This document shows positions 63,647 to 64,000 of a DNA stretch of 64,000 nucleotides, in pieces. This DNA is from a virus. Its lineage: Duplodnaviria > Caudoviricetes. The number at the start of each line of letters is the position of its first letter. Positions within the stretch are counted from its first letter, which is position 1. The stretch is taken from positions 7,693 to 71,692 of the IMG/VR virus record IMGVR_UViG_3300002307_000048; one strand, 5' to 3'. Position numbers and translations under genes: made by a program. Under the pieces are notes generated by a model. It ran no database searches and had not been told where the DNA came from. It saw only the letters and a program-made list of their open reading frames with translations.

Positions 63647-64000
63647 AACGAAAAATGCACTTTTTTACAACTATATTACCGTTTACCTAACAACTATAAT
63701 TATAACAAACAAAAAAAGTTGAATTATAAACCAAACATATCCAAATCCAAAAAAAAAAAATCCAAAAAAAAAATTATGCCCCGAAATATAAGCCATCACG
63801 GAAATAGACGTGGAGTGTTATCCTATATACCAGGGGGGAGCCTTCCGGAATGGAAAACCGATTTTGGCATACCGGGTACCTTGCCGGTAACCATCCCATG
63901 CGACAATGGGTATCCGACAAATCCTGTGACCTATGCCATGGTATTTGTGAACTTGACTTAACATGACATTGTGTCTAAATCTTGAATAAGTACAAATTAT

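Larger units (their letters stand above)
1..64000. mobile_element. Tailed dsDNA phage genome segment (probable Bacteroidota podovirus, crAss-like morphogenesis module)
   Basis: Terminase, portal, capsid, tail, ejection, lysis and replication genes are densely packed, with no host housekeeping operons and Bacteroidota-type promoter boxes. No integrase or att site in the window. Confidence 0.93.

Noticed and set aside
63719-63961. Track ORF of 80 aa starting in the poly(A) region
   Set aside because: The N-terminal Lys runs are just the homopolymers, and the remaining 61 codons from ATG 63776 have no supporting motif, so it was not listed as a gene.
1-64000. Prophage boundaries / integrase / att sites
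   Set aside because: No integrase, repressor cassette or host genes are in the window, so lifestyle cannot be determined from this segment.

Overview
The whole 64 kb reads as part of a tailed dsDNA phage genome, probably a Bacteroidota podovirus with a crAss-like head-tail module. The host call rests on recurrent TTTG-N18-22-TAnnTTTG promoter boxes and the gene content. A short plus-strand block (C5 DNA methyltransferase, small ORFs) meets a ~61 kb minus-strand block at a bidirectional terminator near 2.09 kb. In transcription order the minus block carries a GH25 endolysin, two GroES-like genes, terminase, portal, scaffold, major capsid, tail ring and stabilisation proteins, three putative ejection proteins, holin/spanin, tRNAs, a DnaB/YqaJ/RecT replication-recombination set, a minimal PolX, an exonuclease and a displaced tail-fibre cassette. 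One ejection protein is a 5279-aa polyvalent TPR-ParB-N6 MTase-SNF2-HExxH-LPD38 protein. The best leads are: (1) a PAPS-reductase-like gene broken by one TAA that is exactly the 3-nt spacer of a perfect 9-bp inverted repeat, so flipping it gives the expected Leu codon TTA, a candidate reversible micro-inversion ON/OFF switch; (2) a methyltransferase whose motif IX-like segment is overprinted in another frame; (3) a set of atypical tRNA and tRNA-like elements; (4) the giant polyvalent virion protein. All family assignments come from motif recognition by eye; no database search was run.
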